Source: Chiloscyllium plagiosum | Lineage: Eukaryota | NCBI RefSeq assembly: GCF_004010195.1 | Contig: NC_057720.1 | Location: 26,610,890 to 26,674,889, forward strand | Reading direction: 5' to 3' | DNA length: 64,000 nucleotides | In this document: one piece after another, positions 1 to 12,980 of the stretch | Position numbering within the stretch: the first letter of the stretch is position 1 | How the letters are laid out: each line of letters begins with the position of its first letter | Notes under the pieces: generated by a model | What the model saw: the letters and a program-made list of their open reading frames with translations, nothing else | Told to the model about the DNA's origin: nothing | Database searches by the model: none | Made by a program: the position numbers and the translations under genes

Positions 1-619
1 GAAGATGCTTTTAAAGGAGGGATATCCCAGCAGCTCAAGCACACAGACTGGTAAATACATAGTGACATTAAGGTAGGTAGTCGACATTCCAACCAGAAGG
101 AACTCAGACTAGCAGAAAGAATTCATTCTAAATTCTAAATGCATAACAGAGACGTGATACCATGTGCATTGAGACATAGAAATAAATCATTCACAGATTC
201 GGGAAATAATAAGATTTTTTTTATGTATCTTACCTTCATAGCAACTTCCTTGAGTCTATGTACAACACATAAAAGGTGTAATACTGAGTTCCATTGGAGC
301 TGACCCAATGAAGTTGGAGATCTTCCAAGTTGGGCAGTATCTCTGGCTAATTCCATGTGATGAGACATATTGGGATGAAAAACTATTATCCCATCAGCAC
401 AGGCTCTCTGCTGAGTTTCAGGCAGTCAACAGTGTGAGCCACTCTGCTATGATCTGGTAAATTAGGTAATAGTTGAGGTTCACAAGCTGCCTGCCTCAAC
501 AACTACAAGGTAATGAACGTAATCCTCGTTCCTGAAAACAGATCTAATCAAATTTTTAATCCAAAGTGTTCAGAACTTAAATGTTCCCAGCCTATTTTTT
601 TAATTATACTATCATGTAA

Positions 620-790
620 GGTCTGTAATGCCAGACTTTTTATTTCTTTATTTTACTATTTGTTTTCCAAAAGTTGATACTCAAGAATCTGTACCTAGGT
701 ACCTTGTACCTAAGATGGCACCTTACGTGGTGACTTCTAAACTTTTCACTTTACTCATGTGAGTACATGTGACAATAAATCCAATTTTAA
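620..790 (+). mobile_element. 3' fragment of a non-autonomous retroposon (family also at ~6010-6458 and 25233-25950)
   Basis: Shares 'gtacctagg...aagatggca...tttcact...tacatgtgacaataaat' with the other two copies. Confidence 0.45.
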
Positions 791-1419
791 ATATTGCAAG
801 GGTTTTTTTTGTGTGTCTCTAAAGTTAGAAATTAGACTCCTGAACCAAGACACGTTCAAAGCATCATGCTCCTGAATTTCCTTAAATTCGACGGGAATCT
901 AACAAACGTCACATGAAATAGACTGTGGCCTGAATATATGGGCCAAAACCTTCACGATGAGTTTTTTGCAGGGCCTTCTTTGAGGGAAAAGAATCCATGA
1001 AATGTTCGTGGTACTCTGTGGCATGTTCATTTATTTTTGTATGACTGGTAGCTATTGAAATCTATCACCATTTGGGGTTATTTCACAGACAAAGTTTGTC
1101 TGTGTTGTCATGCAAATCATGATGCTGTATTGATCATATGGCTATGCCATCAGAAAGACAGTGGTCTCCAGTTCAGAATAGTATGTCAAGGGAGAGGTGT
1201 GAGACACAAACACTAGAGCATTGTATTTGTAAGTGCGCTTGTAATATGGTGTAAATAAACGAGTATTACAGAATATATGGAGTTAAGAAGCTTTCCTGCT
1301 TAAGGAGAAGGAACAGGAAACCCAGGGATGATATCTATGCAGACACCTTAGGTACTCCAGACCTTCATTTCCATGTGAAATTTATAGTACTTGTTTCAAG
1401 CACAAGTTAAAGCACAGTC

Positions 1420-1915
1420 CACTATCTATAAGCATAAGTTGGGTGTGTGGTGAAAAAGTACAACTCTAACAACACTCAAGATGCTGAACATCATCCAGGA
1501 CAAAAAAGAAATCCCGCTTGTTAATCACCCTATCTGACACATTCAACAGGCACTCCATTCAGCACTGATGCACAGTGGCAGCAGTGTGCACCATCTACAA
1601 CGCCAAGGCTCAACAGCAACTTCCGAACCACAATCCTGACCAAAAGGGCAGAAGATGCATGAAACCATCAGGACGTGTAATTTCCCCAAATAACAACACC
1701 AAACAATAAAGGCAAACAATAACATGATTTGGAACTCTATTGCCATTTCTATAGTGTCAATGGCAACATTTTGGAAATCACTAATGGCTGTGTGGTTGTA
1801 TCAACACCACATGGAATGCAGCAATTCCAGAAGGCAGCTCACCACCAGCTTCTCAACAGCAATTGACAATAAATGCTAACCTGACCAGCATTACTTGCAT
1901 CCAATAGAATTAGTC
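1420..1915 (+). mobile_element. Degenerate CR1-group LINE 3' fragment (tail family shared with SINE family B)
   Basis: 'aacactcaagatgctgaacatcatccaggacaaa...catctacaa...gcagctcaccaccagcttctcaa...caataaatgct' matches 22090-22706 and 24981-26148. Confidence 0.6.
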
Positions 1916-1960
1916 AATTTAAAATAAACTATAAGAAAAAAAAATGCATTTATGAAAAAA

Positions 1961-2309
1961 GAGCAGCTCAGTGGTTAGCATTGCTGCCTCACAGAACCAG
2001 GATCCTGTTCTGAACTCCATCCTCGGGTGACCAACTGTGTGGAGTTTGCACATTCTCCCCGTCTCTGCATAGGTTACGTCCGGGTGTTCCGGTTTCCTTC
2101 CACAGTCCAAGATGTGCAGGTTATGTGGATTGGTCATGCTGAATTGCCCATAGTGTTCAGAGAGTGTAGGTTAGGTACATTAGCCACAGGAAATGCAGGG
2201 TTACAGGGATAGGGTAGGGGGATGTGTCTGGGAGGGATGGTCTTCAAAGGGTTGGGGTGAACTTGTTTGGGCTGAATGGCCTGTCTCCACACTGTTGGGA
2301 TTCTATGAT
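1961..2309 (+). mobile_element. HE1/V-SINE-type tRNA-derived SINE
   Basis: A-box 'gctcagtggttagc', central 'gtggagtttgcacattctccccgt...tcccacagtccaagatgtgcaggtta', tail 'ggattctatga'; six copies in the window. Confidence 0.85.
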
Positions 2310-2766
2310 ATGAAGTTAATTATAGAATGATAATTTAGCGTAGGGATTGAGCATTTTGATTGTTTTCCTTTTGATGAGTCACTAAGATATGTCTATAATA
2401 AATAAATGAACTATATTGCTGCTTGCTGTGCCTTGATTCATCCATTGGTCAATAAATTCATTTGATGAAGTCTGAAATCTCTGGATTCCTCCCACTCTGC
2501 AGTTTTAATTTGTGTTGAATGTTCAGCGGACATAACACTTAAGAATGGAAATGACCTTTCCACCAAGATTACTACAGTAGAGGAGGAGATACCCTGAAGA
2601 AGTACTCGATGTTGATGTAATGATCTCCCATCCTGCAATTTTAAAAAGCATGGAGAAAGATCTTCTGATATCAGAGGGCAGATCCAGTAGCCAGAGAAAA
2701 TGTTAACGATCCATCAGCTTCAGATCAAATCCTGTGACAGTGTGCATTGACATACATGTCTTTCAG

Positions 2767-2862
2767 CTGCTGGCTTCAACCATCTGTACATTGTAGAATC
2801 AGAAGAAAATATTCATAGCGAATACAATGAATTGCTAAGGCTCCTTGTCAAGTGTGGCTGCC
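2767..2862 (+). CDS. Candidate internal coding exon (phase 1/1), xAGFNHLYIVESEENIHSEYNELLRLLVKCGC; protein not identified
   Basis: Acceptor 'atgtctttcag|', donor '|gtacgt', 96 nt open frame, phase-compatible with 3937-4073; no recognised homology. Confidence 0.3.
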
Positions 2863-2869
2863 GTACGTT

Positions 2870-3143
2870 AGGGAGGTAGTTATGATGTTACTGGATCCCC
2901 CCAATAATCTGAGGCACAGGCTAAAGTGCTGGTGCAAATCCCAAATCTGAGAATTTAAATTCATTTTAAAAATCTGAATGAGAAGCCTGTCTCAGTAATG
3001 GCTAACGTGAAGCCACTGTTGATTGTCATAAAAACCCATCTGGTCCTTTTGGGACTGAAATCTGCCATCCTCACCCCTGATCTGCCCAACATGTGACTAC
3101 ACACCAACAGCACTGTAGTTCTATATTAACCATCCTCTGAAAT
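2870..3143 (+). mobile_element. Degenerate tRNA-derived SINE, family B
   Basis: 'caaatccca...aatttaaattca...gattgtcataaaaacccatctggt...aaatctgccatcctcacc...catgtgactac' as in 31163-31750. Confidence 0.6.
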
Positions 3144-3646
3144 GATCCAAATCCTACAAAAAGAATTTTATTTTAAAAGTCACCTTACAGATACACTAAT
3201 TCTCCAAAGAATCTGTATCAAGTCTCAGTTTGAGGGGCCTGAATGAAGGGGAAGAAATTCAGTGCATATCGTAATTTCTGCTGATATAGCTGTCGCTTTT
3301 ATCAATTCTGGTTTTTGAATCGTTCACTACCAATGCCTAGTTAAACATCAGGTACCAACATGCTGTGGTCAAACTCCAACTGAGGCCTGTGTGCACATTT
3401 GGTGAGCTCTTTGGTTCTGCAAACCTGCACCCAAAACCTTCAAAGTGATGGAAGCACAACATCCTCTAATGATAAGTCAGATTGCATTTGGTATTGAGCA
3501 AACAGAATAGCTGAAAGATGTCTGAAGCTGTTGCACAAAACTAAATGCATGGGGCAGCCTAAATTACTCACAGCCCAGTGTTGAAATGGAATGTGGATTC
3601 AGTGGCTTCGTTTGCAGTCAATTAACTATGCAGCTAGATCTTTATG

Positions 3647-3858
3647 TGTTAAGAGTGTGTTGCTGGAAAAGCACAGCATGTCAGGCAGCATCTAAGGAGC
3701 AGGAAAATCAACATTTCGGGCTGGAGCCCTTCATCAGGAGTGGCTCCAGCCCAACACGTTAATTTTCCTGCTCCTCGGATGCTGCCTGATCTGCTGTGCT
3801 TTTCCAGCAACACATTCTCAACCCTGATCTCCACCATCTGCAGACCTCACTGTCTCCT
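3647..3858 (+). mobile_element. Fold-back Penelope-like terminal-repeat element with hammerhead motif
   Basis: Arms ~3647-3728 and ~3742-3822 are reverse complements; unpaired tail to 3858; minus strand reads cctgatgaagggctccagcccgaaatgtt. Confidence 0.8.
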
Positions 3859-3936
3859 AGGTTTTTACATATGCCAGGCAAAGGTGACCAAAGATTAAAA
3901 TGGTCGCAATTAACCCTGCACTCTTTCTACTTCCAG

Positions 3937-4073
3937 GGAATAGATATATAAGAGAACATTGCCTCAATCAGCTTCACCCGATAAATATAGAGCGTAAATA
4001 TGAAGTTCCTGGTTATGAGTCCCTGGTGAACACATGGTGGGCATACAGCCACAGGCCTTGCTCCAGTTACTGA
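3937..4073 (+). CDS. Candidate terminal coding exon, (R)NRYIREHCLNQLHPINIERKYEVPGYESLVNTWWAYSHRPCSSY*; protein not identified
   Basis: Strong acceptor 'ttaaccctgcactctttctacttccag|', 44 codons to TGA, joins 2767-2862 in frame (C|GG = Arg). Confidence 0.3.
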
Positions 4074-4235
4074 AGTAGATAAAGAATCAGATTCAGTTGC
4101 TGTCCCTTTTGCTACCCAGCGCACCCAATGGGAATGCCCATTCGGAAAATTAGTCTTCCTATTCCGTTTAATTCATCACACCATGTTTCACACACTGTTG
4201 CTTCAGATGCCAAAAATGGACATGCTGTTTTTTTT

Positions 4236-4425
4236 CCTCTATTCTTTCATTGGTTATGGACATTTCAGGCGAGGTCGGCTTTTATTGCCCATCTTTAAGC
4301 GCCCCTAAACTGGGGGGCTTGCTAGGCTATTGTAGAAGGGAGTTAAGTATCAAGCACTCTGCTGTAGATCTGGAGCCACATGTTGGCCAGGTTGGCAGAT
4401 TTCCCTCCCAATGAGTAAAGCCACT
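4236..4425 (-). mobile_element. SINE family B 3' fragment
   Basis: 'tttattgcccatc...ttaag...tgtagatctggagccacatgttggccagg...ggcagatttcc' is the reverse complement of the family-B tail. Confidence 0.55.
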
Positions 4426-5594
4426 AAGTGTCATATGGGAGTGTCTAGAATCCCAAAGATATGTTTTATCAGTCACCAGAGAACTCAAGATAAACATTCT
4501 GGCCATCACCTTCAAAATGGAAAGGTGAAAAATACTCAACTTCTGATTTCTATTCATATTACCAGTCCCCATATCTCATTCCATGTTACATTTTGTTGGT
4601 TAATCACACTTAGTGATGAGTTCCACCATATCACCACCTCCTCCTGCATCCAACCCAGCAACTAAATTTTATTTTTACTTATCAATACTTTTATGGGTTT
4701 TTGCTCCAGAGCATTTTGAGACTTTTACTACTTTAGAGATCATATAAAAGAGAAAAATGGACTTCAACTATTCCACAAACATTGCTTTAAAAAAAAGTGT
4801 CTGATTTTATCCAGCTCTGGTCAAAGTATGCACAAATGTATGCACATACAGCAAGTGCAGAATTGAGGTGCAATGAGCCCAATAGGTAATGGCAATATAT
4901 TTGGCCAAAAGATGATTTATAATATGTGATCTGCCTCCATCTATATGTTTTGATGCTGTCAGTGTAATTTTTATTCTGCAGAAGGATACAGCAGCTTTCC
5001 ATACTTCCAAAATAACTTGAAGTTTCCTGCACCCAGGTGTTTTAACTGACATCGTGTCAATCTTGGGAAATATTTAGCGCTGTCACTGGAGGCAAAGTGA
5101 GGAAAACCATTATACCTCCCAATGCAGTTAAGATTATCTCATCTCAACAATTAAATTCACCACAATTCGGATATGCCTGCATTATACTACAAGTGGCAAA
5201 GCATGAGAAGATCGAAAGGAAGATAATGAGTTGCACTCAGGGCATCACATTTACACAAGATGAGCATATCAAAGAGCAGGGGAACTACATACACAAGGGA
5301 CTTAGTTTTAATGATGTATCCACCTGACAGGAATCCAAATTTTGAAAACCAAATTAAAATCCTGTTTTTAACATCATGTAAATATGAATCAGTTGTCTCT
5401 CAACTTAAAATGAAGGTAAAGATACTGCTACAATCTTTATTTTCTCTAGGAAGATTTGATATTGGCCGTTCATGTTATAGAGAGGGTTGTGAATGGAGGA
5501 CCAATGGATGTAAAGAATTCAGGGAGAGGCAATCAGACTATAATTACATAATACTTCTGGTAACTCTCAGAATATGAGGAATACACAAAGCAAG

Positions 5595-5785
5595 GGTGAG
5601 GTCAGTCAGCTTAGTTGACTAGACAGCCAGTTTGCAATGTAGAGTGATGGTTCAATTCCCACACTGGCTGAGGTTACCATAAAGTGCTGTCCTTCTCCAC
5701 CTCTCCCATCACATGAAGTACGGTGACCATCAGGTTAAAGCACCACCAATCAGAGAGCAGTCCTCTGAGATTATGGCAACTTTAG
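5595..5785 (+). mobile_element. Probable tRNA-derived SINE of a further family
   Basis: A-box-like 'cagcttagttgactaga' and B-box-like 'ggttcaattccc'; single copy in the window. Confidence 0.4.
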
Positions 5786-6009
5786 GCAAACCGTGGCCTT
5801 CTTCCTCTCTCAACTGTTTTTGCTGTCATATTATAAGCCCAAAATTAGCTATCAAGAATATTTGGTAATTCAAATGTCCCTCTACTACAACCGACAAGTG
5901 TATATTCACTTCTTCCAATCGAAAATGGGTCAAAAAATGTGATTATTTTGTATTTATGCAAGCAGTACGAATTGAGGATTACCACTTTAGCAAGGAAAGG
6001 ATGCTAGAA

Positions 6010-6458
6010 TAAAGTGCTAGGGGAATGGGGCCAATTCGGGATGGACGGCCAATCAGCAGCAGCATCTGGAGGAGCATTGGATGGGAAACAGGAAGTTTCT
6101 CCCAGCCCACCGACAAGATGGCTTCCCGTAGTCTATCAACGAGGCCTCCTTCAGCAGAGGCTGCCAGCTCGGCATGATGGTCTTGTCTCAGTGTGTCCTA
6201 GCATGGTGTTCTTGTCAAGGAATGGCAGTCTCATCCTGGCTGCACCTTCAGGATATTCCATCATTCCTTAATCAGCTTTCCCTGAACCCAGGAGCTGTTA
6301 ACAGAACTGTGATGAATTTTGTCTTAATTTAACTGTTTTTAATTTTTTTTTTACTTCTGTCATTAATATCGGCACCATGGTATGGCAACTTAAAAAACAT
6401 TTCACTGTATTTTTCATGTAAAAGTACATGTGACAATAAATTTCTATTCTATTCTATT
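6010..6458 (+). mobile_element. Non-autonomous retroposon with AATAAA and (TTCTA)n tail
   Basis: GC-rich 5' part with 'aagatggc'; 3' end 'tacatgtgacaataaatttctattctattcta'. Confidence 0.45.
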
Positions 6459-6534
6459 ATATACAGGCTCTTTGTTCTAGCTTAAGTAGTGGCAGCGTCC
6501 ATCCATTGATAACCTTTGTCATTATTTATTGTTT

Positions 6535-8290
6535 CTTATTCACTTATGCTTCACCAGCATTTATTGCCCATCCCTAGCTGCGCTTGAGAAGATGGTGGTG
6601 AGCTACCTTTTCAAACCATTGTAGTCCATGTAAATCTACAATGCTCGTAGGGAGGGAGTTCCACTATGTTTTGACCCCGGGACAGTGAAGGAAAGTTGAT
6701 ATATTTCCAAGTCAGGATGGTGAGTGGCTTGGAGGGGATCTTGCATGTAGCAGTGTTCCCATGTATCTTTGCCCTTGGTCTTCTAGATGCAAGTGGTCAT
6801 GCACTTGGAAAGTATGCTTAAAGGATTTTTGGTAAATTTCTGTAGGGCATCTTGTAGAAGGTGCATGCTGCTGCTTCTGATTGTCAGTGGTGGAGAGCGC
6901 CAATGTGTGTGAATGTGTGCCAAATCAAGTGGTCCTCTTTGCCCTGGATGATTTCAAGCACCTGGAGTATTGTTGGACCTGGATCCATCCAAGCAAGTGG
7001 AAATTATTCCATCACACTCCTGATTTGTGTCTTGCAGATGGTGGTCAGATCTTGAGGAGTATAGAGGTGAGTTATTCAGTGCAGTATTCCTAGCCTCTGG
7101 TTTGTTCTTATAGCAACTGCATTTGTATGGTGAGTTCAGTTGAGTTTCTGGTCAATGGTAGCCCCCAAGATGATGGCAGTGCTATTGAATGTCAAGGGGC
7201 AGTATGTGGATTGTTTCTTTTTGGAGGCATTCATTGTCTGGCATTTGTGTGGTGCTAATGTTATTTGCCATTTGTCAACCAAAGCCTGGATATTGTCCAG
7301 AGCTTGTTGCATTTGAACATGGCTGCTTCAGTATCTGAGGAGCCCCAAATGTTGCTGAGCATTGTGCAATCTTTGGCGAACCCACCTATTCTGACCTTAT
7401 GATGGAGGCAAGGTCATTGATGAAACAGCTGAAGATGGCTGGGTATTGGTACTATCCTGAAGAACTCCTGCAAAGATGTCCTGGAGCTGAGATGACTGAT
7501 CTTCAACAATCACAACCATCTTCCTATGTGCCAGATATGACTCCAAGCAGCAGAGACTTTGGCCCATTTCTCATTCATTCCAGTTCTGCCAGGGTTCGTT
7601 AATGCCACCCTCAGTAAAATGCAACCTTAATGTCAAGAGCTGTCACTCTCACCTCCCGTCTGAAATTCAGATATTTTATTCAAGTTTGAACTAAGGCTGT
7701 AATGAGGTCAGGAGCTGAGTGGCCCTGGCGGAACCCAAACTGCTCATCGTTGAGCAGGTTATTGCTGAGTAGGTACTGCTTGACAGTATTGTTGATGACA
7801 GCTTCCATCACTTTACTGATGATCGAAAATAGACTGATGGGCGGTAATTGGCTGGGTTATATTTGTCCCGCTTTTTGGGTACGGCATATACCTGGGCAAT
7901 TGTCCACATTGTCGAGTAAATGCCAGTGTTGTACCTATATTGGACCATTCCCGATGAAGGACTCTGGCCAGAAACGTCGATTTTCCTGCTCCTCGGGTGC
8001 TGCCTGACCTGCTGTGCTTTTCCAGCACCACACTCTCAACTCTGATCTCCAGCATCTGCAGACTTCGCTGTCTCCTACACTAGAACAGCCTGGCTAGGCA
8101 AGCGACAAGTTCTGGAACACAGGTCTTCAGTACTATTGGCAGAATATTGTCAGGGCCCATAACCTTTACAGTTTCCAGCATCTCCAACCACTTCTTGATT
8201 TCATGTGGACTGAATTGAATTTGTTGTAGACTGGTATCTGTGATGTGGGGACTACTGGAGAAAGCCGAGATGGTCAGCTCAGCTCTCTTG
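6535..8290 (-). mobile_element. Degenerate CR1-group LINE (RT and 3' UTR), interrupted by a PLE repeat
   Basis: Minus strand encodes broken RT motifs (ALDIK..F, GHL.RSSSG, FSCFINDL); 3' tail 'gcatttattgcccatccctag'. Confidence 0.8.
7946..8076 (+). mobile_element. Solo Penelope-like terminal repeat with degenerate hammerhead
   Basis: 'attcccgatgaaggactctggccagaaacgtcgattttcctgctcctcgg...tctccagcatctgcag'. Confidence 0.75.
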
Positions 8291-9329
8291 GCTGTCTCAA
8301 TTACACAGTTGCTACTCGCAACTGAGACAGGAAGAAGACCAACATGCCCCTCACACTAATTCTTCCACTCATAAACACGTTGTGTTTAGTCCATCAACGT
8401 TCTTCAAAAGAACAATTGAAAAACCTTACCAACATTCAGAATGTACTTGGAAGTGAAAGCTTTAACACAGGTCTGCACCTCAGAAGTGACCAACTTGCTT
8501 TCTCTTACTGCTTGCAGCTAGTCCATTCGGTAAGAGTTAAGGAGTCTCTAACTTGGCATAATGTGGCACCCACAACCATTCCCTTTCTGATACAGGTGGC
8601 ATAACCCTAAAGAAACCGAATACCAGACAAGGACATAGGGTGTTCCCCTGCACAGAGGGTTTCAACATTGAGATGGTCCTGGGAGAGGTGGAAGCTAATA
8701 GGAGGGACTAAAGCAACATGTGGAGAAATGAATTCTTATAAAGCCTACAACAGGAACTGAAGTGTTTAGAATTATCCCAGAAAATTATTATGACACTCTC
8801 CGTCCGAAAGGAAAAATCTTCATTTTTGATGACTTTTGGACTATGCCTCCTGCCTAAGTGCTTCTCGTTTAATTTGCTCCCAAGAAATACACACAGATCA
8901 CAAAGCAGAGAAAAAAAAAACCTTTAGTTGAAGAGTCAGTATTAGCACAGCTTTAATATGTGGGATGGTCTTCTTCTGACTTATAATTTCTCTGACTCCA
9001 GAGATTCTACTAGCTGTAAAAGCTTACAGATAAATTCTAACAATTAGCGGAATGAGGGAAATATCTATGCAAAACGTTGTTAATGGTTTCTTAATGTCTG
9101 TGATGGCATTATTAAACTTAAATGGCAAGAAAGACTTAATTATTTTCTGGTCATACAACATAAAAGTGCATTCTAAATATTCTAGTAGAGAGCAAAGTTC
9201 TTTAACAAAAGAAAGGAGAACATTCAAGAACATCAGCCAAATTCCATTGGCAAGCTTTATCTAGTCCTCTTAACAGCCCTCAACCAACTCTTACTAATAG
9301 CATTCCCATTCAAATGGTTCAAGTCCCTC

Positions 9330-9622
9330 ACTGGAAAGTCCAGAACTGAGGTTCATAGTCCCAGATTAAGGTGACAGCAATTTAGGATTGAGAATTTCAC
9401 TACCCAGATGATTATGAATCTTTGTATTTCTCCAATCCAGGGTTGTTAATGCACATTGATTGAGTATATCCAAGGCTGTGATCAATAACTTTTGTGCATA
9501 AAGTGAATCAAAGCATGATGAAGATTGGATGAGAGAGTAGAGTTCAGGTTGAGATTCAGCTATTACCTTATCGAATGGTGGAACAGACTTGTGGGGTCTG
9601 CTCCTAATTCTTTTGTCCATGT
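9330..9622 (+). mobile_element. Degenerate CR1 3' fragment
   Basis: 'actgaggttcatagtc...gatgattatgaatctttgtatttct...ttcaaggctg-like' CR1 ORF2 end and 3' UTR. Confidence 0.55.
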
Positions 9623-10509
9623 GTCAAAACAGGAAGGTGCTGCTTCAGGCTGCACTATTATCAGAATCCCTGAATATAATAATGAAAGTCACTGAAAGTG
9701 ATGAAGTTGTCACTGTTTCTATGTAATTGCTTTTGAACCAACAGCATCATCTGTGTTGTATGTAGGTCAGAAGGATGTGAACAGGTTAATCTTTGATTCG
9801 GTGAAGTAAGTATCATCCATTGTAACAACTAGGATCTTGTGAGAGATAGACCTAAGGTGAGGTCCTTCCAACTTCGTAATAATTTAGATCCTAGTAAGTT
9901 GAAGTTCAGGTTGGGCAATGCTGCCACAGCACATGGATACCAAGAGGTATGACTCCGTAAAAGAACTGACAGTACCAACAGAGAAACTTCCATAATCGGG
10001 AGCAAAGTGTCAGGGAAATCATAAACTTAGTTGCTTAAGTGGATGAGCAATGGACAATTTAAAGAAGTGAGTGGGAGATGGGATGATTATATAAAAGTAA
10101 TTTGTAGATAACAATAATGTTATCAGAAAAGAGCTTGGTGGGGAAATGTTGTACATGAGTCTAATACTTGCTTGAGCACACCCCACTGTGATGATATTGT
10201 AAGGACGTCAAGGACACTAAGGTAGGATCTTGTGGGAGACAAGCCCAAGGCGATGCCCTCTCAACAGTTTTGTAACAATGTAGAGAATATTCTTGTAAAC
10301 CGTAAAGAGCTTCATCAATGCAATAAACTACATTGTGTTTACTCTACAAGACTCTCTCTGGAGATCAGAAGGTGGCTACCCTTGCACACATTAGAAGATA
10401 CCAAGTACGCCCTTAAATAACCCACACACTTTGAAAATATGGATGAGGATACACATGACAATCCCCACCACGTTCAGAAAACCAACAGCTTGGCTGTGAA
10501 CTTGTATTT

Positions 10510-10685
10510 AAGTGAAAAGATATTATCTCATTGCTGTTTATCAGAACTTGCTGTGCATAAATTGGCCACCGTATTGCTAACATTACAAAACTAAATATAT
10601 TTCAAATGTGCTTCATTAGTCATAGTGATTTGGGACATCTTGAAGTCATGGAAGGGGAATACATAAAAGCTAGTTTATCTTTCCT
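10510..10685 (+). mobile_element. Deu-SINE-type (AmnSINE/SacSINE-like) 3' remnant
   Basis: 'ttgctgtgcataaattggc...acattacaa...ttcatt...tttgggacatcttga' resembles the Deu-SINE 3' region as recalled; not aligned. Confidence 0.5.
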
Positions 10686-11924
10686 GAAGAATAGATGGTT
10701 CTCAGAAACACAATTCATCTGTTTATGCCGCAAACAGACAATATTGGTCAGTGGCCCTCATTTTGAATGGGAACATGCACGGCACCCAATGAGTTCAAGA
10801 TCACAAAGATTCTGCTGATCTTAACAGGTAGAAATATTTGAATAAATAGACAGACATGCACAAGCTCACAGGCACAGACACCCCTCACCCCCTCCAGATT
10901 CAACACATGGCCACAAATGGAAGTAGAGATCTACCTTGAACAGGACTCAACCTGACACCTGTGTCAAGTGCTCTTGGTCCTGAATAGGAAGATGGATCCT
11001 GAGCTCAGTGATTGGAGATCAGAAAAAGAATAGAGTTTCTGAGGGCCTGGGGGATGAGTTCAAGAGCACCTTGAGGATTTGGGGATGAGCACTCCTGACC
11101 TTCCTGTACCACAAAGAACCCTAAAAGGATCAAATGTTTCAAACTAACTAGGCCTCTTCTATCCAATTGATACCTCCCTGCGTGGTCGTGCTGCCAAGTT
11201 GCAGATGTGATTTTCCCGATGTTATGTCACACCTCCAAAAATGTCATCAAGTCTTGAACTTTGGCTGTTAAGCAGGGCCTCATTGATGAACTTAGTTGCT
11301 GTCTTAATAATGACAATAGCCAGTTGGGGCAAATGCACTTTTCAAATTCTAACCCTACTCTCACATCACGGTTGTTGGACTAGGAATGATAAAATCCTGG
11401 CTATTTAGGAGCAAATCCTACAGATGAATAGAAGAATGGTTCTGGATTGTGAATATTTGTTTTTAAATTGTGACGGTGGCTGGTTACTGCAATAACATTG
11501 ACAGCAATAACATTGACAGCAAGGGCTTCATTGCTATAGCCTTACATTCAACAGTAGTTAGGTGGGTGAACACATGACCCTGTTATGCATGGGCTGGGCT
11601 GCATGGAAGATATCATCCACACTTAACTGCTGGCAGAAGGACTGAACAAATTGTTAATAATTATAATGGAGAGTCTTCCAAAGAGAATGTATGGGACCAA
11701 TTGTTATGGTTGGTGTCTGGCAGGAAGACAGTGGGCAATATGTTCCCTCCACTAGCTGTTACAGACAGTGGAAGAATAAGGTTATTTTCCTGGTGGATCT
11801 TCTTTGGCAAGTTGCCAATACTCTAAGGGCCTACGGGCTTCTCACTCATTACAGATTGAGAGGAAGAAGTAATTATGCATCATCTCAGGCACTACTCAAA
11901 ATGCAGTTTCTTAAACCAGAAGTG

Positions 11925-12240
11925 GGATAGTGGTGCTGTCTTCCAAAGCTTAATCTAATGCTCTGGGAACATAGGTGCAAATCCCACTATGACAGGTGGT
12001 GGAATTTAAAATTAATGAATAAAATATGGAAGTCAAAGCTAGCCTCAGTAACAGTAGCCAAGAAACTATCATTGATTGTCATAAAAATTCATTCTATTCT
12101 TTAATGCCCCTTAGGGAAAGGAATCTGCCATCATTACTCTGTGTGGTTACATATGACTCCAGATGGGTAGCTATATGGATGACTCTTAACTGCCATTAAA
12201 GCATTCAGTTCATGCCCACATCCTATCAAAGAATAAAGAA
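11925..12240 (+). mobile_element. SINE family B
   Basis: 'ggtgcaaatcccac...ggtggaattt...attgattgtcataaaa...ttagggaa..gaatctgccatc...atgactccaga'. Confidence 0.65.
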
Positions 12241-12744
12241 AAGTGGAAAGCAATTTTCGGAAGTGGTGGGCAGAGTGCCTCTTGTTAAAGTAGATTAATT
12301 TAAAAAATAACCTCATGAGTCTCAGGTACAGGTTTAATGATCATTTATGGAGCCAACATTGGGATAGCTTACCCCCAGCGAGGACTCTGAGGTAGCACAC
12401 TGTCAACTAGCAAGAAACAAGAGATATTTTATACATAGTTAGTCACGTAGACAGTACATGGCTCGAATGCTGAAATGGTCTGGTTCAGAAAATTACTTGT
12501 TTCCCACATATGAAAAATGGCAGGGACATCTATTGTGCCTGGAGTTAATCTACTCCTCCTAACTTCTGTGCTAATGTCCCAGCCTGGAGGCCCCCATAGC
12601 TGTGAAGGCAGTCTGCTGCATCAACAGCAGCTTGACTTTGCTTGCGTGTTGTAATTCATTTTAACCTGACAACCTTTCTTGAATGAAAGTAAAACAAATT
12701 AAATAATGAATCTTACTTGATCACACTAATTAAATTCCCTACTT

Positions 12745-12980
12745 AGAGTTGTAGACTCATCAAGATATAAAGCAGGGAAACAGATGCTTTGGTCCAACTC
12801 GTCCATCCTGACCAGGTATCCTAAATATTTCTCGTCCCATTTGCCAGCATTTGGCCCATATCCCTCTAAACCCATCCTATTCATATATCCATCCAGATGC
12901 CTTTCAAATGTTGTAATTGTACCAGCCTCCACCACTTCCTCTAGTAGCTCATTCTATACATGCACCACCCTCTTCTTCCG
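12745..12980 (-). mobile_element. HER1/CR1 LINE 3' end
   Basis: ORF 12726-12935 'VEAGTITTFERHLDGYMNR' is the CR1 ORF2 C-terminus. Confidence 0.85.

Noticed and set aside
12373..12406. Possible minus-strand 34-nt microexon with good splice sites
   Set aside because: No recognisable peptide or partner exon; expected by chance in 64 kb
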